From: Dehalococcoidia bacterium
Lineage (GTDB): Bacteria; Chloroflexota; Dehalococcoidia; Lucifugimonadales; UBA3495
NCBI GenBank assembly: GCA_963692995.1
Contig: OY843611.1
Span: forward strand, 1,525,994-1,589,993
Direction of reading: 5' to 3'
Length of the DNA: 64,000 nucleotides
A program made the position numbers and the translations under genes. The notes under the pieces were generated by a model. The model worked only from the letters and a program-made list of their open reading frames with translations, was not told the origin of the DNA and ran no database searches. Of this stretch, positions 8,791 through 17,531 are shown piece after piece (within the stretch, counting starts at the first letter, position 1; each line of letters starts with the position of its first letter).

Positions 8791-10006
8791 GGAGATTTAC
8801 CCCCCCCCCCCCCCCCCCCCCCGACTTTGGCTGCCCGGCAATCAGCGCCAGCAGAAAGCCGGCGAACATCACCTGCACGGCCATAACCAGCAGAGTTATG
8901 GAAGGAATCGCAACGCGCAGACGCTCCGCAACGTCAACATCGGGAGCCCACAAGAACAGGCTCCACACGCTGCCCGCTACCCCGGCCAAAGCGAGTGTAA
9001 AACCCACCGCCAGGCCGCTTTCCAGAATGCGGTACTGCTGCACCTTTTCGGTCAGTCCGCCCGCAGACAAACCGACGGTCTCATAAAAGACGTTCGCCAG
9101 CAGCGTGAATCCAATCAACTGCGTCCCGCAGATGATAAAGACGGCTCCGTACAGCATCGTGTAAGCGCCGAACCTAGCCTCCGGATACAGCGCCGACGTC
9201 GCCATAAAAAATGCTCCCACCGCCAGCAGAACGCTGGCCGGATAAAGGAACAACCACCGGGGCGTCAGCAACAGCAGCAGGCGCAAGTGCTGCCAGCCGT
9301 CAGACCAGATACGCAGATGCGGGACACGTTCCGGGTCCAGAGCGCGCCGCTGCGTCGCCGGAACCTCAGTAATACTCAAGTTCCGGCGCATCGCCTTGAC
9401 CACCATCTCGCTGGTCAGCTCCGACCCGGATGATTGCAGTTCCAGGGAACGCAAACTGGCCGCCCGGAACCCGCGCAGCCCACAATGAAAATCGGTGACC
9501 GGAGCGTTGGAAAACAGCCGGCCGATGCCGGACAGCAACGGCGCCCCCACGTAACGGTTCAGAAACGGTCGCGCGCCGGCCTCTGCCGGCTCCGCATAGC
9601 GGTTCCCCATCACCAGGTCATAGCCGGCTTGCAGCTGTTCCCAAAACGCCTCCAGCGCATTCAGGTCATGCTCCCCATCGCCGTCGCCCAGGATGATGAA
9701 CTGCCCGCGGGCGGTGGCGATGCCGGCGCGGACTGCGTTGCCATACCCCGGCTGCGGAGCGGCAATTACCCGTGCTCCCGCCCCCGCCGCCCGCTCCGCC
9801 GACCGGTCAACACTGCCATTATCCACCACTGCCACCTCTCCGGAGATGGCGTTGCGTTCCAGAAACTCCCGCGCTTCACCGACGCAATGCGCAATCGCCT
9901 CTACTTCATTGCGGCAGAGAATCAGGATTGTCAGCTCCGGCTCCACAGCTGACGGCGTCGGTTTTGACTCGTCGGTTAACGTTGCGCTCTCGCTCGCCCA
10001 ATCCAA
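8735..10006 (-). CDS. Family 2 glycosyltransferase with C-terminal TM domain (GtrB/ArnC-like polyprenyl-phosphate glycosyltransferase)
   Basis: LTILILCRNEVEAI..., VVDNGSVDRS, ILGDGDGEHD (DxD-like), then about 4 TM helices; C-terminus runs through the poly-G tract, so the 3' end is uncertain. Confidence 0.75.
   Translation of the reverse strand: MDWASESATLTDESKPTPSAVEPELTILILCRNEVEAIAHCVGEAREFLERNAISGEVAVVDNGSVDRSAERAAGAGARVIAAPQPGYGNAVRAGIATARGQFIILGDGDGEHDLNALEAFWEQLQAGYDLVMGNRYAEPAEAGARPFLNRYVGAPLLSGIGRLFSNAPVTDFHCGLRGFRAASLRSLELQSSGSELTSEMVVKAMRRNLSITEVPATQRRALDPERVPHLRIWSDGWQHLRLLLLLTPRWLFLYPASVLLAVGAFFMATSALYPEARFGAYTMLYGAVFIICGTQLIGFTLLANVFYETVGLSAGGLTEKVQQYRILESGLAVGFTLALAGVAGSVWSLFLWAPDVDVAERLRVAIPSITLLVMAVQVMFAGFLLALIAGQPKSGGGGGGGVNLRGSVARRSGWAGGLAPAY
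8800..8822. repeat. Homopolymeric poly-C (poly-G on coding strand) tract, about 23 nt
   Basis: Uninterrupted C run. The length of 23 is deduced from the reading frames of ORFs 8735..10006(-) and 8666..9433(+), which translate it as poly-Gly and poly-Pro. Confidence 0.9.
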
Positions 10007-10106
10007 TTTTTACCACCCCTCCCGGTCGCGCTAATCATCCTAAACTGCCGGCTACCGCCCCGCAAGTTGATTATGCAGTCAAGGCGCAGCATATGGCGCC
10101 GCGCCG

Positions 10107-11045
10107 TCAGACGGCAACAGAGGATGCCCCCGCAGCGTTGGCCGCCGTGTCGGCGGCCTGCCGGGCCGCCTGGGCGGCGGCCAGCGCAGCCACATCGGTG
10201 CCCACGTCCTGTATGCCGTACTTCTTCTCCAGCTCGTAGATCCCATCCAGCCCCAACACCGAAGCCACATCCCAACGGGTGCCGTAGCGGTCCGGGTCAA
10301 CCTTTCCCGCGCTCATGAGCTCTTCATATGCGGCGCGGACCTGCTTGTAAATCAGCCAGATGGTGCTGCCGCAGATCATGATCCGGTATCCCAGATCGTT
10401 CATGGTCCGGGTGGTCGCCAGATCGCCGTTGTACATCTTCGGCACATCCGCCAGGTCGGTGGCGTAGCGCTGGATGTCGTCCTGGGACTTGATCCCATCA
10501 ACAAACACCAGGTCCGCTCCGGCATCAACGTAAGCCCGGCAACGCCGCACGGTATCTTCCCAGCCGGTGACGGCGTAAGCGTCGCACCGGGCGATGATCA
10601 CGAAATCGGGATCCTTCCGGGCGTCGAGAGCCGCACGGATTTTCTGGACGTGCTCCTCCACGGGAACCACCTGCTTTCCGGCGAAGAAGCCGCATTTCTT
10701 GGGGAATACCTGGTCTTCCAGGTGAAGGGCCGCGACGCCGGCCGCCTCATATTCGCGCACGGTTCGGCGCACGTTGAGCGGGTTTCCGTAGCCGGTGTCC
10801 GCATCGCAGATTACCGGGATGTCCACCGCGTCGGCGATGTATTTGGCGTTGGCGACCATCTCAGTCATAGTGAGCAGTCCAACGTCGGGAAAGCCGCGCT
10901 CGGCAGCGGTGCCGGCGCCGGTCATATAAACGGCCTGGTGTCCCACGTCTTCAGCGATGCGGGCATGCAGAGCGTTGAGGACGAACGGGGCTACAACCAG
11001 CTGGTCGGAAGCGAGCATTTGCCGCAGTTTGGCGGTGGCTTTCAT
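10107..11045 (-). CDS. Isocitrate lyase/PEP mutase family protein (methylisocitrate lyase / oxaloacetate decarboxylase-like)
   Basis: Start MKATAKLRQML at 11045; motifs YMTGAG, ICDADTGYG, HLEDQVFPKKCG; Ala-rich C-terminal tail. Confidence 0.75.
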   Translation of the reverse strand: MKATAKLRQMLASDQLVVAPFVLNALHARIAEDVGHQAVYMTGAGTAAERGFPDVGLLTMTEMVANAKYIADAVDIPVICDADTGYGNPLNVRRTVREYEAAGVAALHLEDQVFPKKCGFFAGKQVVPVEEHVQKIRAALDARKDPDFVIIARCDAYAVTGWEDTVRRCRAYVDAGADLVFVDGIKSQDDIQRYATDLADVPKMYNGDLATTRTMNDLGYRIMICGSTIWLIYKQVRAAYEELMSAGKVDPDRYGTRWDVASVLGLDGIYELEKKYGIQDVGTDVAALAAAQAARQAADTAANAAGASSVAV

Positions 11046-11061
11046 AATTATGGCGCCTCTC

Positions 11062-11769
11062 TTAAAAGATCCGGTCAGTTTCTTCAACAAGGGGAGGCAG
11101 CAGCGCCTCCATCCAGGGAACCATGTCGCGCAGCACTTCAACCGGGATTTCGTGTCCCATGCTGTACTCATTGTACGATAGACTGTAGTTTTCGGCGTCA
11201 AGGAATTCTCGGGTGCGCCGGGCGCTATCCATTGCGACCATCTGGTCATGCAGCCCGTGAGCTATAAACACCCGCTGATCCCGGTGGCCCGGCAGCCGCG
11301 GACGCAGCGTCTCCGGATCGGGCAGCGATGCGCTCAGCGCGATCAACGCCGTAAACCGGTCAGGACGCCCCAACCCCATGCGATAAGTCATCCCTCCACC
11401 CTGGGAAAAACCCAGCAGAATGGCCCGGCCGCCGTCAGCGCGAAACTCATTCAGCGCCTCGGTGAAAAATGCTTCAAGGAGGGACTCCGCCTGCGTATAG
11501 TGTTCTTCCGCGGCCTGTCCGCGCGGCGGGTGCCAGCCGTAGCCGATCATTCCGGGGGCCAGCTCAAAGGGTATCGGCGCATTGGGACATACGTACACGT
11601 AACCTTTGCGGTTTATGGACGGCGCGAGGCCCGCCAGGTCCTGCATATTGGCGCCGAAACCATGCAGCATCACTACCAGAGGATAGTCGGCTTCGGCGTT
11701 GTAATCGTCGGGAAAAATGACCAGATATTGCAGGCCATCGTTAGCGACCCTGCGCTGTTCAGTGTGCAT
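11062..11769 (-). CDS. Phospholipase/carboxylesterase family alpha/beta hydrolase
   Basis: 235 aa; VVMLHGFGAN, nucleophile elbow GFSQGG, C-terminal HGxxD..V and His. Confidence 0.7.
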   Translation of the reverse strand: MHTEQRRVANDGLQYLVIFPDDYNAEADYPLVVMLHGFGANMQDLAGLAPSINRKGYVYVCPNAPIPFELAPGMIGYGWHPPRGQAAEEHYTQAESLLEAFFTEALNEFRADGGRAILLGFSQGGGMTYRMGLGRPDRFTALIALSASLPDPETLRPRLPGHRDQRVFIAHGLHDQMVAMDSARRTREFLDAENYSLSYNEYSMGHEIPVEVLRDMVPWMEALLPPLVEETDRIF

Positions 11770-12115
11770 CGGGCATGCTCCTGCCGATAGGTCGGAAAAT
11801 ATAACTACTCCAATCCTATCACATCATCCCGGGCTGACCGCAGACCCGGTTGAGGAGAGCCGGCCGCCGGTCACGCCGGCGTTCCTTACCGCCGTCAACA
11901 CCCGGGTTGGCCGAAATTGCCGCAGCAGCTTTGCCGGGAAGACGCTTTTAACCGGAAGTTCGCTGCCACCTGTTTCAACACCTCCCGCCAGGGATGGCCC
12001 GTGCCCCGCAGGTTGGCGATAGTGGCTCGCAAATTTGGCCGTGCATCTTCGCAATGGCGGTGTGGCCCCTGCTGGCCTGGATCCGGATCTGTCATGAACG
12101 GCGCCTTTTCAGGAG

Positions 12116-12925
12116 TTAGACTCTTGGCGCGGCGGCATTGGCGTCGGTTCCGCCGAAAATGCCGAATGGGTTCAACGAGCGCGGCGCGTCGTAGGCGTCC
12201 ATCCGCTCGGTGCGCTTCAGCCAGGTGACTGCGGCGTAGGTGATCGGCGTAGCAACGATCTCGTACACCGATTTGGCAATCCATGCGCAAACCGCCGCGT
12301 TGAATACCGGCGCCCATGAGCCGTCATCACCAACCCAAAGGCCGGAAAAACCGAAGGCAATGGTGAAAAACAGGATCGAGTCGATGCCTTGCCCCACCAC
12401 TGTGGATGAAATCGTCCGCAGCCATAAGAACCGTCCTTGGGTACGGTTCTTTAGGACAACCATTACCACCGCGTTGGTGAACTCGCCAATGATATAAGCC
12501 ATGAATGAACCCAGCAGGATCCACCCGGTGGAGCCCAAAATGGCTTCGAACGCGTGCTCGCTGGGCAGGTTGGCCACCACGTTTCCGGCGTCGTCGCTAA
12601 TCGTAACCGGATCATTCGGCCAGAAGACCGCGCCGGGGATAAGGTCTCCCACCCAGAACAGGAACACCATGAGCAGGTTACACACGAAGCCGAGCCAAAT
12701 CACCCCGCGCGCAACCCGAAAACCATAAACCTCGGTGAGAATGTCGCTGATGATGTAACCGATGGGGAAGCAGACAATGGCCGCCGAGACGACGAACAGA
12801 TCGCTGCCGATGAAGTTGAACGGCAACTGAAACAGCGATACCGGTTTGATGGCGATAATGTTGCTGATCAACAATACCGTCGCCGCCAAGGTTGCGATAA
12901 TCACCAATTTTCCGGAGAACTGCAT
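12116..12925 (-). CDS. yhhQ: Queuosine precursor transporter (YhhQ/VUT family)
   Basis: Polytopic membrane protein with ISDILTEVYG motif; second ATG (12925) preferred because GAGGAAAGG precedes it. Confidence 0.7.
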   Translation of the reverse strand: MQFSGKLVIIATLAATVLLISNIIAIKPVSLFQLPFNFIGSDLFVVSAAIVCFPIGYIISDILTEVYGFRVARGVIWLGFVCNLLMVFLFWVGDLIPGAVFWPNDPVTISDDAGNVVANLPSEHAFEAILGSTGWILLGSFMAYIIGEFTNAVVMVVLKNRTQGRFLWLRTISSTVVGQGIDSILFFTIAFGFSGLWVGDDGSWAPVFNAAVCAWIAKSVYEIVATPITYAAVTWLKRTERMDAYDAPRSLNPFGIFGGTDANAAAPRV

Positions 12926-12971
12926 CCTTTCCTCGATTGCCCGCATCTGGTGGCCTGGGCAGTCGCGTCGC

Positions 12972-14312
12972 CTACAACAATGGCAGATAACGCGCGATTT
13001 CGTAATCGGTGACCGTGGACCGATACTGCTCCCATTCTTGTTTCTTGTTTCGGATCAAGGTCTCGTACACGAAATCTCCCAGAGTTTTACGCAGCAACTC
13101 GCTGTCTTCGGCCAACCCTATCGCCTCGCCCATGCTGGTAGGCAGACGGCTTATCCCCCGCGCGGCGCGTTCGTCGGCAGACATGCTCATCACATCCCCC
13201 GTGATTGGAGACGGCAGCGGATACTCATCTTCAATCCCCTTCAAACCGGCTGCCAGAAGTACGCTGAATGCCAGGTACGGATTGCACGCCGGGTCGGGGG
13301 CGCGGTACTCAACGCGCAGAGAGGTGTCATAACCCGTCTTGTAGGAAGGCACCCGTACCAAATCCAGCCGGTTGGACACCGTCCAGGATACATGGACCGG
13401 AGCCTCGTATCCCGGAACCAGCCGCTTGTATGAATTGACCCACTGGTTGGTCACCAGGGTGATCTCCGGCGCATGACGCAGCAGTCCGGCGATAAACCGT
13501 TTCCCAATATTCGACAGATGCAGATCGTCGTCCGGGTCGTAAAAAGCGTTGCTGTTTCCCCGGAACAGCGATTGGTGAGTGTGCATGCCGCTTCCGTTCG
13601 AGGCAGTAAAGGGTTTGGGCATGAAGGACGCATATACGCCCTGCTGTTGCGCCAGTTCCTTAATGACCAACCGCGCCGTCATTACGTTGTCGGCCATAGT
13701 CAGCGCGTCGGTGTACTGGAGGTCGATCTCGTGCTGGCTGGGCGCGCCTTCGTGGTGGGAATATTTGACCGGAATACCCATCTCGGCCAGGTTCAGCACG
13801 GTATCGCGGCGCAGGTCCGAGGCCGGATTGCTGGAGAGTTGGTCGTAGTAGCCGTAGGTGTCCAGTGGCTCCGGCGCCTCGGCATCCTTAAGGTAGAAAT
13901 ACTCCAGCTCCGGCCCGACGTAGTAGATGTAGCCCAGTCCGGCCAGCCCTTCGAGGTTGCGCTTCAGGACGTGGCGCGGATCCCCCATGAACGCTTCGCC
14001 GCGCGGTGTGCGGATGTCGCAGAAGATGCGGGCCACCGCGTTGCGCCGGGGACGCCAGGGCAATAGCGTGAACGTGGTGGGATCCGGGAACGCCCGCATG
14101 TCGCTTTCCGCGTCCGTCGTGTACCCCTCGATGGCTGCACCGTCGAACCCGACGCCTAACTCCAGGGCATCCTCCAGATCGTCCACCGTGATGGCGAACC
14201 CCTTCAGGTTGCCCAAGATATCGGTGAACCACAGGCGGACGAACTTCACATCAAAATCGCGTGCGCTCCGCAGCACGTACTCGCGCTCCGCAGCATGGTG
14301 ATCAGTCAGCAC
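12972..14312 (-). CDS. Type I glutamine synthetase paralog (446 aa)
   Basis: FVRLWFTDILGNLKGF, GFDGAAIEGY, MPKPF..SNGSGMHTHQSL, RVPS...R.EYRAPDP.CNPYLAF. Confidence 0.8.
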   Translation of the reverse strand: MLTDHHAAEREYVLRSARDFDVKFVRLWFTDILGNLKGFAITVDDLEDALELGVGFDGAAIEGYTTDAESDMRAFPDPTTFTLLPWRPRRNAVARIFCDIRTPRGEAFMGDPRHVLKRNLEGLAGLGYIYYVGPELEYFYLKDAEAPEPLDTYGYYDQLSSNPASDLRRDTVLNLAEMGIPVKYSHHEGAPSQHEIDLQYTDALTMADNVMTARLVIKELAQQQGVYASFMPKPFTASNGSGMHTHQSLFRGNSNAFYDPDDDLHLSNIGKRFIAGLLRHAPEITLVTNQWVNSYKRLVPGYEAPVHVSWTVSNRLDLVRVPSYKTGYDTSLRVEYRAPDPACNPYLAFSVLLAAGLKGIEDEYPLPSPITGDVMSMSADERAARGISRLPTSMGEAIGLAEDSELLRKTLGDFVYETLIRNKKQEWEQYRSTVTDYEIARYLPLL

Positions 14313-14433
14313 GGGTAATCTCCTGTCGGATGGCGTCGGCAGCGCCCGCGGGTTTCCTTCCCGTTATTTTACCAGCAAGGGGCGAGTTATCCCCGCCCCC
14401 GAATCAGTTCGCCGCAGCCGGGGAAAACGGCGG

Positions 14434-15858
14434 CTAGGCGTCGAAGTACTTGAAGAATTCGATGGGATGAGGGCGCAAGCGCAGGTCGTCCACATCGTTC
14501 TTCTTGTAGTCCAGCCAGGTCTCGATGAGGTCGTCGGTGAAGACGCCGCCGCGCATCAGGAACTCGTTGTCCCGCTCCAGGGCGGCCAGGGCTTCGTCCA
14601 GCGAGCCGGGAACCTGCCGAATCATCGCCAGGTCGGCGGCCGACATTTCGTAGAGGTTCTGGTCCACCGGATCGGGCGGCTCGATCTCGTTGATGACGCC
14701 GTCGAGGCCGGCCATCAGCATTGCCGCAAAGGCAATGTAGGGGTTGCAGGACGGGTCCGGCGCGCGGAACTCCAGGCGGCGCGCCGACGGGCTGTTGGAG
14801 TAAGTCGGAATGCGGATGCAGGCCGAACGGTTGCGCACCGAGTACACCAGATTGACCGGAGCCTCAAAGCCCGGCACCAGGCGCTTGTAGCTGTTGGTGG
14901 TGGGAGCCGCAAAGGCCAGCAGAGCCGGCGCGTGCTGGAGCAGCCCGCCGATGTAGTGCCGGCACGTGGCCGACAGCATTGCGTACCCGTCGGCATCATA
15001 GAACAGGTTCGACCCGTCTCTCCACAGGCTCTGGTGAGTGTGCATCCCGGTGCCGTTGTCGCCAAACAGCGGCTTGGGCATGAAGGTAGCGACTTTGCCG
15101 TGCGACTTGGCGACGTTCTTGACCACGTACTTCAGGATCGTGACGGTGTCCGCCATCCGAGTAAGTGTGTTGTAACGCACGTCGATTTCAGCCTGTCCCG
15201 CCGTGGCTACCTCGTGGTGATGCTTTTCGACGATGATGTCGAAGTGCTCAATCTTCTGCACCATCTCGGAGCGAATGTCCTGGAAAGTGTCAAATGGAGG
15301 CGCCGGGAAGTAGCCTTCCTTGTTGCGCGGACGGTAGGCCAGGTTCCGACCGCCATCGATCGTGGCCGTGCTGCCCGTGTTCCAGAACCCTTCGTCAGAG
15401 TCGATAACGTAGTAACCGGAGTTGATGGTCTGGTCGAACCGGGCCGAGTCGAACACGAAGAACTCCGGTTCCGGGCCCCAGTAGCTGGTGTCGGCAATCC
15501 CGCTTTCCCTCAGGTACGCCTCGGCTTTTTGCGCCACGTGGCGCGGGTCGCGAGTATAAGATTCCCTGGTCACCGGGTCCAGAATATCGCAGATCAGGTG
15601 CAGAGTGGGGATTTTAAAGAACGGGTCAACCTTGGCGGTGCTGACGTCCGGTATGAGCAGCATATCGCTCTCATCAATGGACTTGAAACCGCGAATGCTG
15701 GAGCCATCGAACCCGTAGCCTTCGGCTATGTTGTCCTCGGTCAGCTCGCTCAACGGTATCGAGACGTGCTGCAACGTGCCTGGAAGGTCGGTGAAACGCA
15801 GGTCGATGATGCCTATGTTGTTGGCTTTGCAAAAGTCAATGACTTCCGACGGGCTCAT
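14434..15858 (-). CDS. glnA: Glutamine synthetase type I (474 aa)
   Basis: Strong SD AAAGGAGGG; IIDLRFTDLPGTLQH, GFDGSSIRGF, MPKPLFGDNGTGMHTHQSL, RLEFRAPDPSCNPYIAF, NLYE Tyr motif near C-terminus. Confidence 0.9.
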   Translation of the reverse strand: MSPSEVIDFCKANNIGIIDLRFTDLPGTLQHVSIPLSELTEDNIAEGYGFDGSSIRGFKSIDESDMLLIPDVSTAKVDPFFKIPTLHLICDILDPVTRESYTRDPRHVAQKAEAYLRESGIADTSYWGPEPEFFVFDSARFDQTINSGYYVIDSDEGFWNTGSTATIDGGRNLAYRPRNKEGYFPAPPFDTFQDIRSEMVQKIEHFDIIVEKHHHEVATAGQAEIDVRYNTLTRMADTVTILKYVVKNVAKSHGKVATFMPKPLFGDNGTGMHTHQSLWRDGSNLFYDADGYAMLSATCRHYIGGLLQHAPALLAFAAPTTNSYKRLVPGFEAPVNLVYSVRNRSACIRIPTYSNSPSARRLEFRAPDPSCNPYIAFAAMLMAGLDGVINEIEPPDPVDQNLYEMSAADLAMIRQVPGSLDEALAALERDNEFLMRGGVFTDDLIETWLDYKKNDVDDLRLRPHPIEFFKYFDA

Positions 15859-15944
15859 ATCGTGTCCCTCCTTTGGGAGAATTTAGGGTGCGGGTGAGGG
15901 TAAAGGGGAGGCGCCAGGAGATCCTGACCAATAATTTCAGTGGA

Positions 15945-17168
15945 TCAGTTCATCCCCTCCCCGTGTTGTGTCAGGTCAACGCCGATCTCTTCCTCCGCCT
16001 CGGAAACCCGCAGACCGATGGTCCACTTCAAGACCAGCAGGATGATTGCGGACACTATAAAAGACCAGGCAAACGCGGCTCCAATGCCGATGATCTGGTA
16101 GAAGATTTGCTCGATATGCGACACGTCGGCAAACAGGTAATCCGCGCCATAGCCAACGCCCACGAAAATGCCGGTCGCCAGCGCTCCCCACATTCCGCCA
16201 ATTCCGTGTATGCCGAACACGTCCAGAGAGTCGTCGATGCGGAACTTGTGGATCAATTCCACCGCGATGAAGCAGGCTCCGCCCGCTCCGGCGCCGATGA
16301 TGATGGCCGGCATCACGCCCACGAATCCTGCCGCCGGCGTTATCGCCACCAACCCGGCCACGGCCCCCGCCGCGGCTCCGCTGGCTGACGGTCGGCGGGT
16401 GAGGAACCAGGAGATGATCGACCATGAAGACATGGCGGTTGCGGCGGCCACATTGGTTACCACGAAGGCGTTGGCTGCGGTCTCCGTTGACAGGTTAAAG
16501 CTGCTCCCGGCGTTGAACCCAAACCATCCGAACCACAGGAGGCCCGCGCCCAGCAAAACCAGCGGCACATTATCGGGCGCCAGGTTCACCGTGCCAAAGC
16601 CCCGTCGCCGCCCCACTATCAGCGCCGCAGCTAACGCCGCCGTGCCGGAAGCGATGTGCACTACGGTTCCACCGGCGAAGTCCAGCGCGAATCCGCTTTC
16701 GCTCATGCCCAACACGCTGCCCAAGTTGCCCAGCCAGCCGCCCCCCCAAACCCAGTGGCAGAGCGGCGCGTACACGATGGTCAGCCACAAGGCCGCGAAA
16801 ATTATGTAGGACACAAACTTGAACCGCTCGGCAAAACCTCCGGCGATGAGGGCCACGGTGATGATGGCGAACATTCCCTGGAACACCATGAATGCCTGCT
16901 CTTGCGGCCCGACGCCGATCATACCGAACTTGCTAAGGTCGCCAACGAAGCCCCAGCCGCCCACGCTGTTGCCAAAGGCTAGGCTGTAACCCCACAACAC
17001 CCATAGCAAGCTCACCACGCCGATCGCCGCGACGGAGTGCATCATCGTTCCAATCACGTTCTTATGGCGTACCAGTCCGCCGTAGAACAGGGCCAGCCCA
17101 GGCACCATGAGGAAGACTAACGCAGCCGAAATCAGGAACGAGAGCACCTCCAGTTCTGTGAACTCCAT
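15945..17168 (-). CDS. amt: Ammonium transporter
   Basis: Start MEFTELEV at 17168; Amt motifs FAGGTVVHIASG and DDSLDVFGIHGIGGMWG; 11 or more TM segments. Confidence 0.85.
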   Translation of the reverse strand: MEFTELEVLSFLISAALVFLMVPGLALFYGGLVRHKNVIGTMMHSVAAIGVVSLLWVLWGYSLAFGNSVGGWGFVGDLSKFGMIGVGPQEQAFMVFQGMFAIITVALIAGGFAERFKFVSYIIFAALWLTIVYAPLCHWVWGGGWLGNLGSVLGMSESGFALDFAGGTVVHIASGTAALAAALIVGRRRGFGTVNLAPDNVPLVLLGAGLLWFGWFGFNAGSSFNLSTETAANAFVVTNVAAATAMSSWSIISWFLTRRPSASGAAAGAVAGLVAITPAAGFVGVMPAIIIGAGAGGACFIAVELIHKFRIDDSLDVFGIHGIGGMWGALATGIFVGVGYGADYLFADVSHIEQIFYQIIGIGAAFAWSFIVSAIILLVLKWTIGLRVSEAEEEIGVDLTQHGEGMN

Positions 17169-17319
17169 AGGTTTTCTCCCCACTGTTTCTAGTGTTGCCG
17201 TCGCCGCCGGTTTCCGCTTCACCGCCGCGGTACGCTGGAACTGCGGATGGCCATGCCGTAAACGATGCGCTCACGTCCGGTTACCGACAAGAACTACCGG
17301 GCAATTCTAATTTTCCGTT

Positions 17320-17357
17320 GTTACGAACTAATGACGGATTTGTTACAAATTTGTTGC
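17320..17357. promoter_or_regulatory. Array of four pentamers in exact 11-nt register (GTTAC-n6-ATGAC-n6-GTTAC-n6-GTTGC), candidate response-regulator operator
   Basis: Read directly: boxes at 17320-24, 17331-35, 17342-46 and 17353-57, in the AT-richer divergent spacer between amt (start 17168, minus) and an LLM oxidoreductase (start 17532, plus). Confidence 0.4.
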
Positions 17358-17531
17358 GCGCCGTTAACCTGCGCTCCGAGCAACCGGCAACCCCCTTCGG
17401 TAGATGCTTTACTCGGGCTTTGCAAAACCGGCCGCGACTGCCGGCCCCATCCCTACGACGCCGAGTAGCGCATTCAATCTGCTACAATGCCCTCAACGTC
17501 GTCGAAGCCGCCCTCGACAGGAGTCGCCACT

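Noticed and set aside
8666-9433. 255-aa plus-strand ORF containing a poly-Pro run
   Set aside because: The poly-Pro run is simply the poly-C tract read on the other strand. The rest is antisense to the GT2 gene.
11895-12095. 66-aa minus-strand ORF (MTDPDPGQQ...TIANLRGTGHPWREVLKQVAANF) with a faint recombinase-type HTH look, in the 345-nt gap between yhhQ and the esterase gene
   Set aside because: It has a weak RBS and no confident motif, and it overlaps several equally poor ORFs. It may be a remnant, but I cannot support a call.
12926-12971. Expected a preQ1 riboswitch upstream of the yhhQ-like queuosine precursor transporter
   Set aside because: Only about 25-45 nt separate the upstream GS stop from the yhhQ start. 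I could not find the preQ1-I hairpin with an A-rich tail consensus there.
14467-15897. 476-aa plus-strand ORF
   Set aside because: It is an exact antisense shadow of glnA, whose translation carries unmistakable GS motifs and a strong SD.
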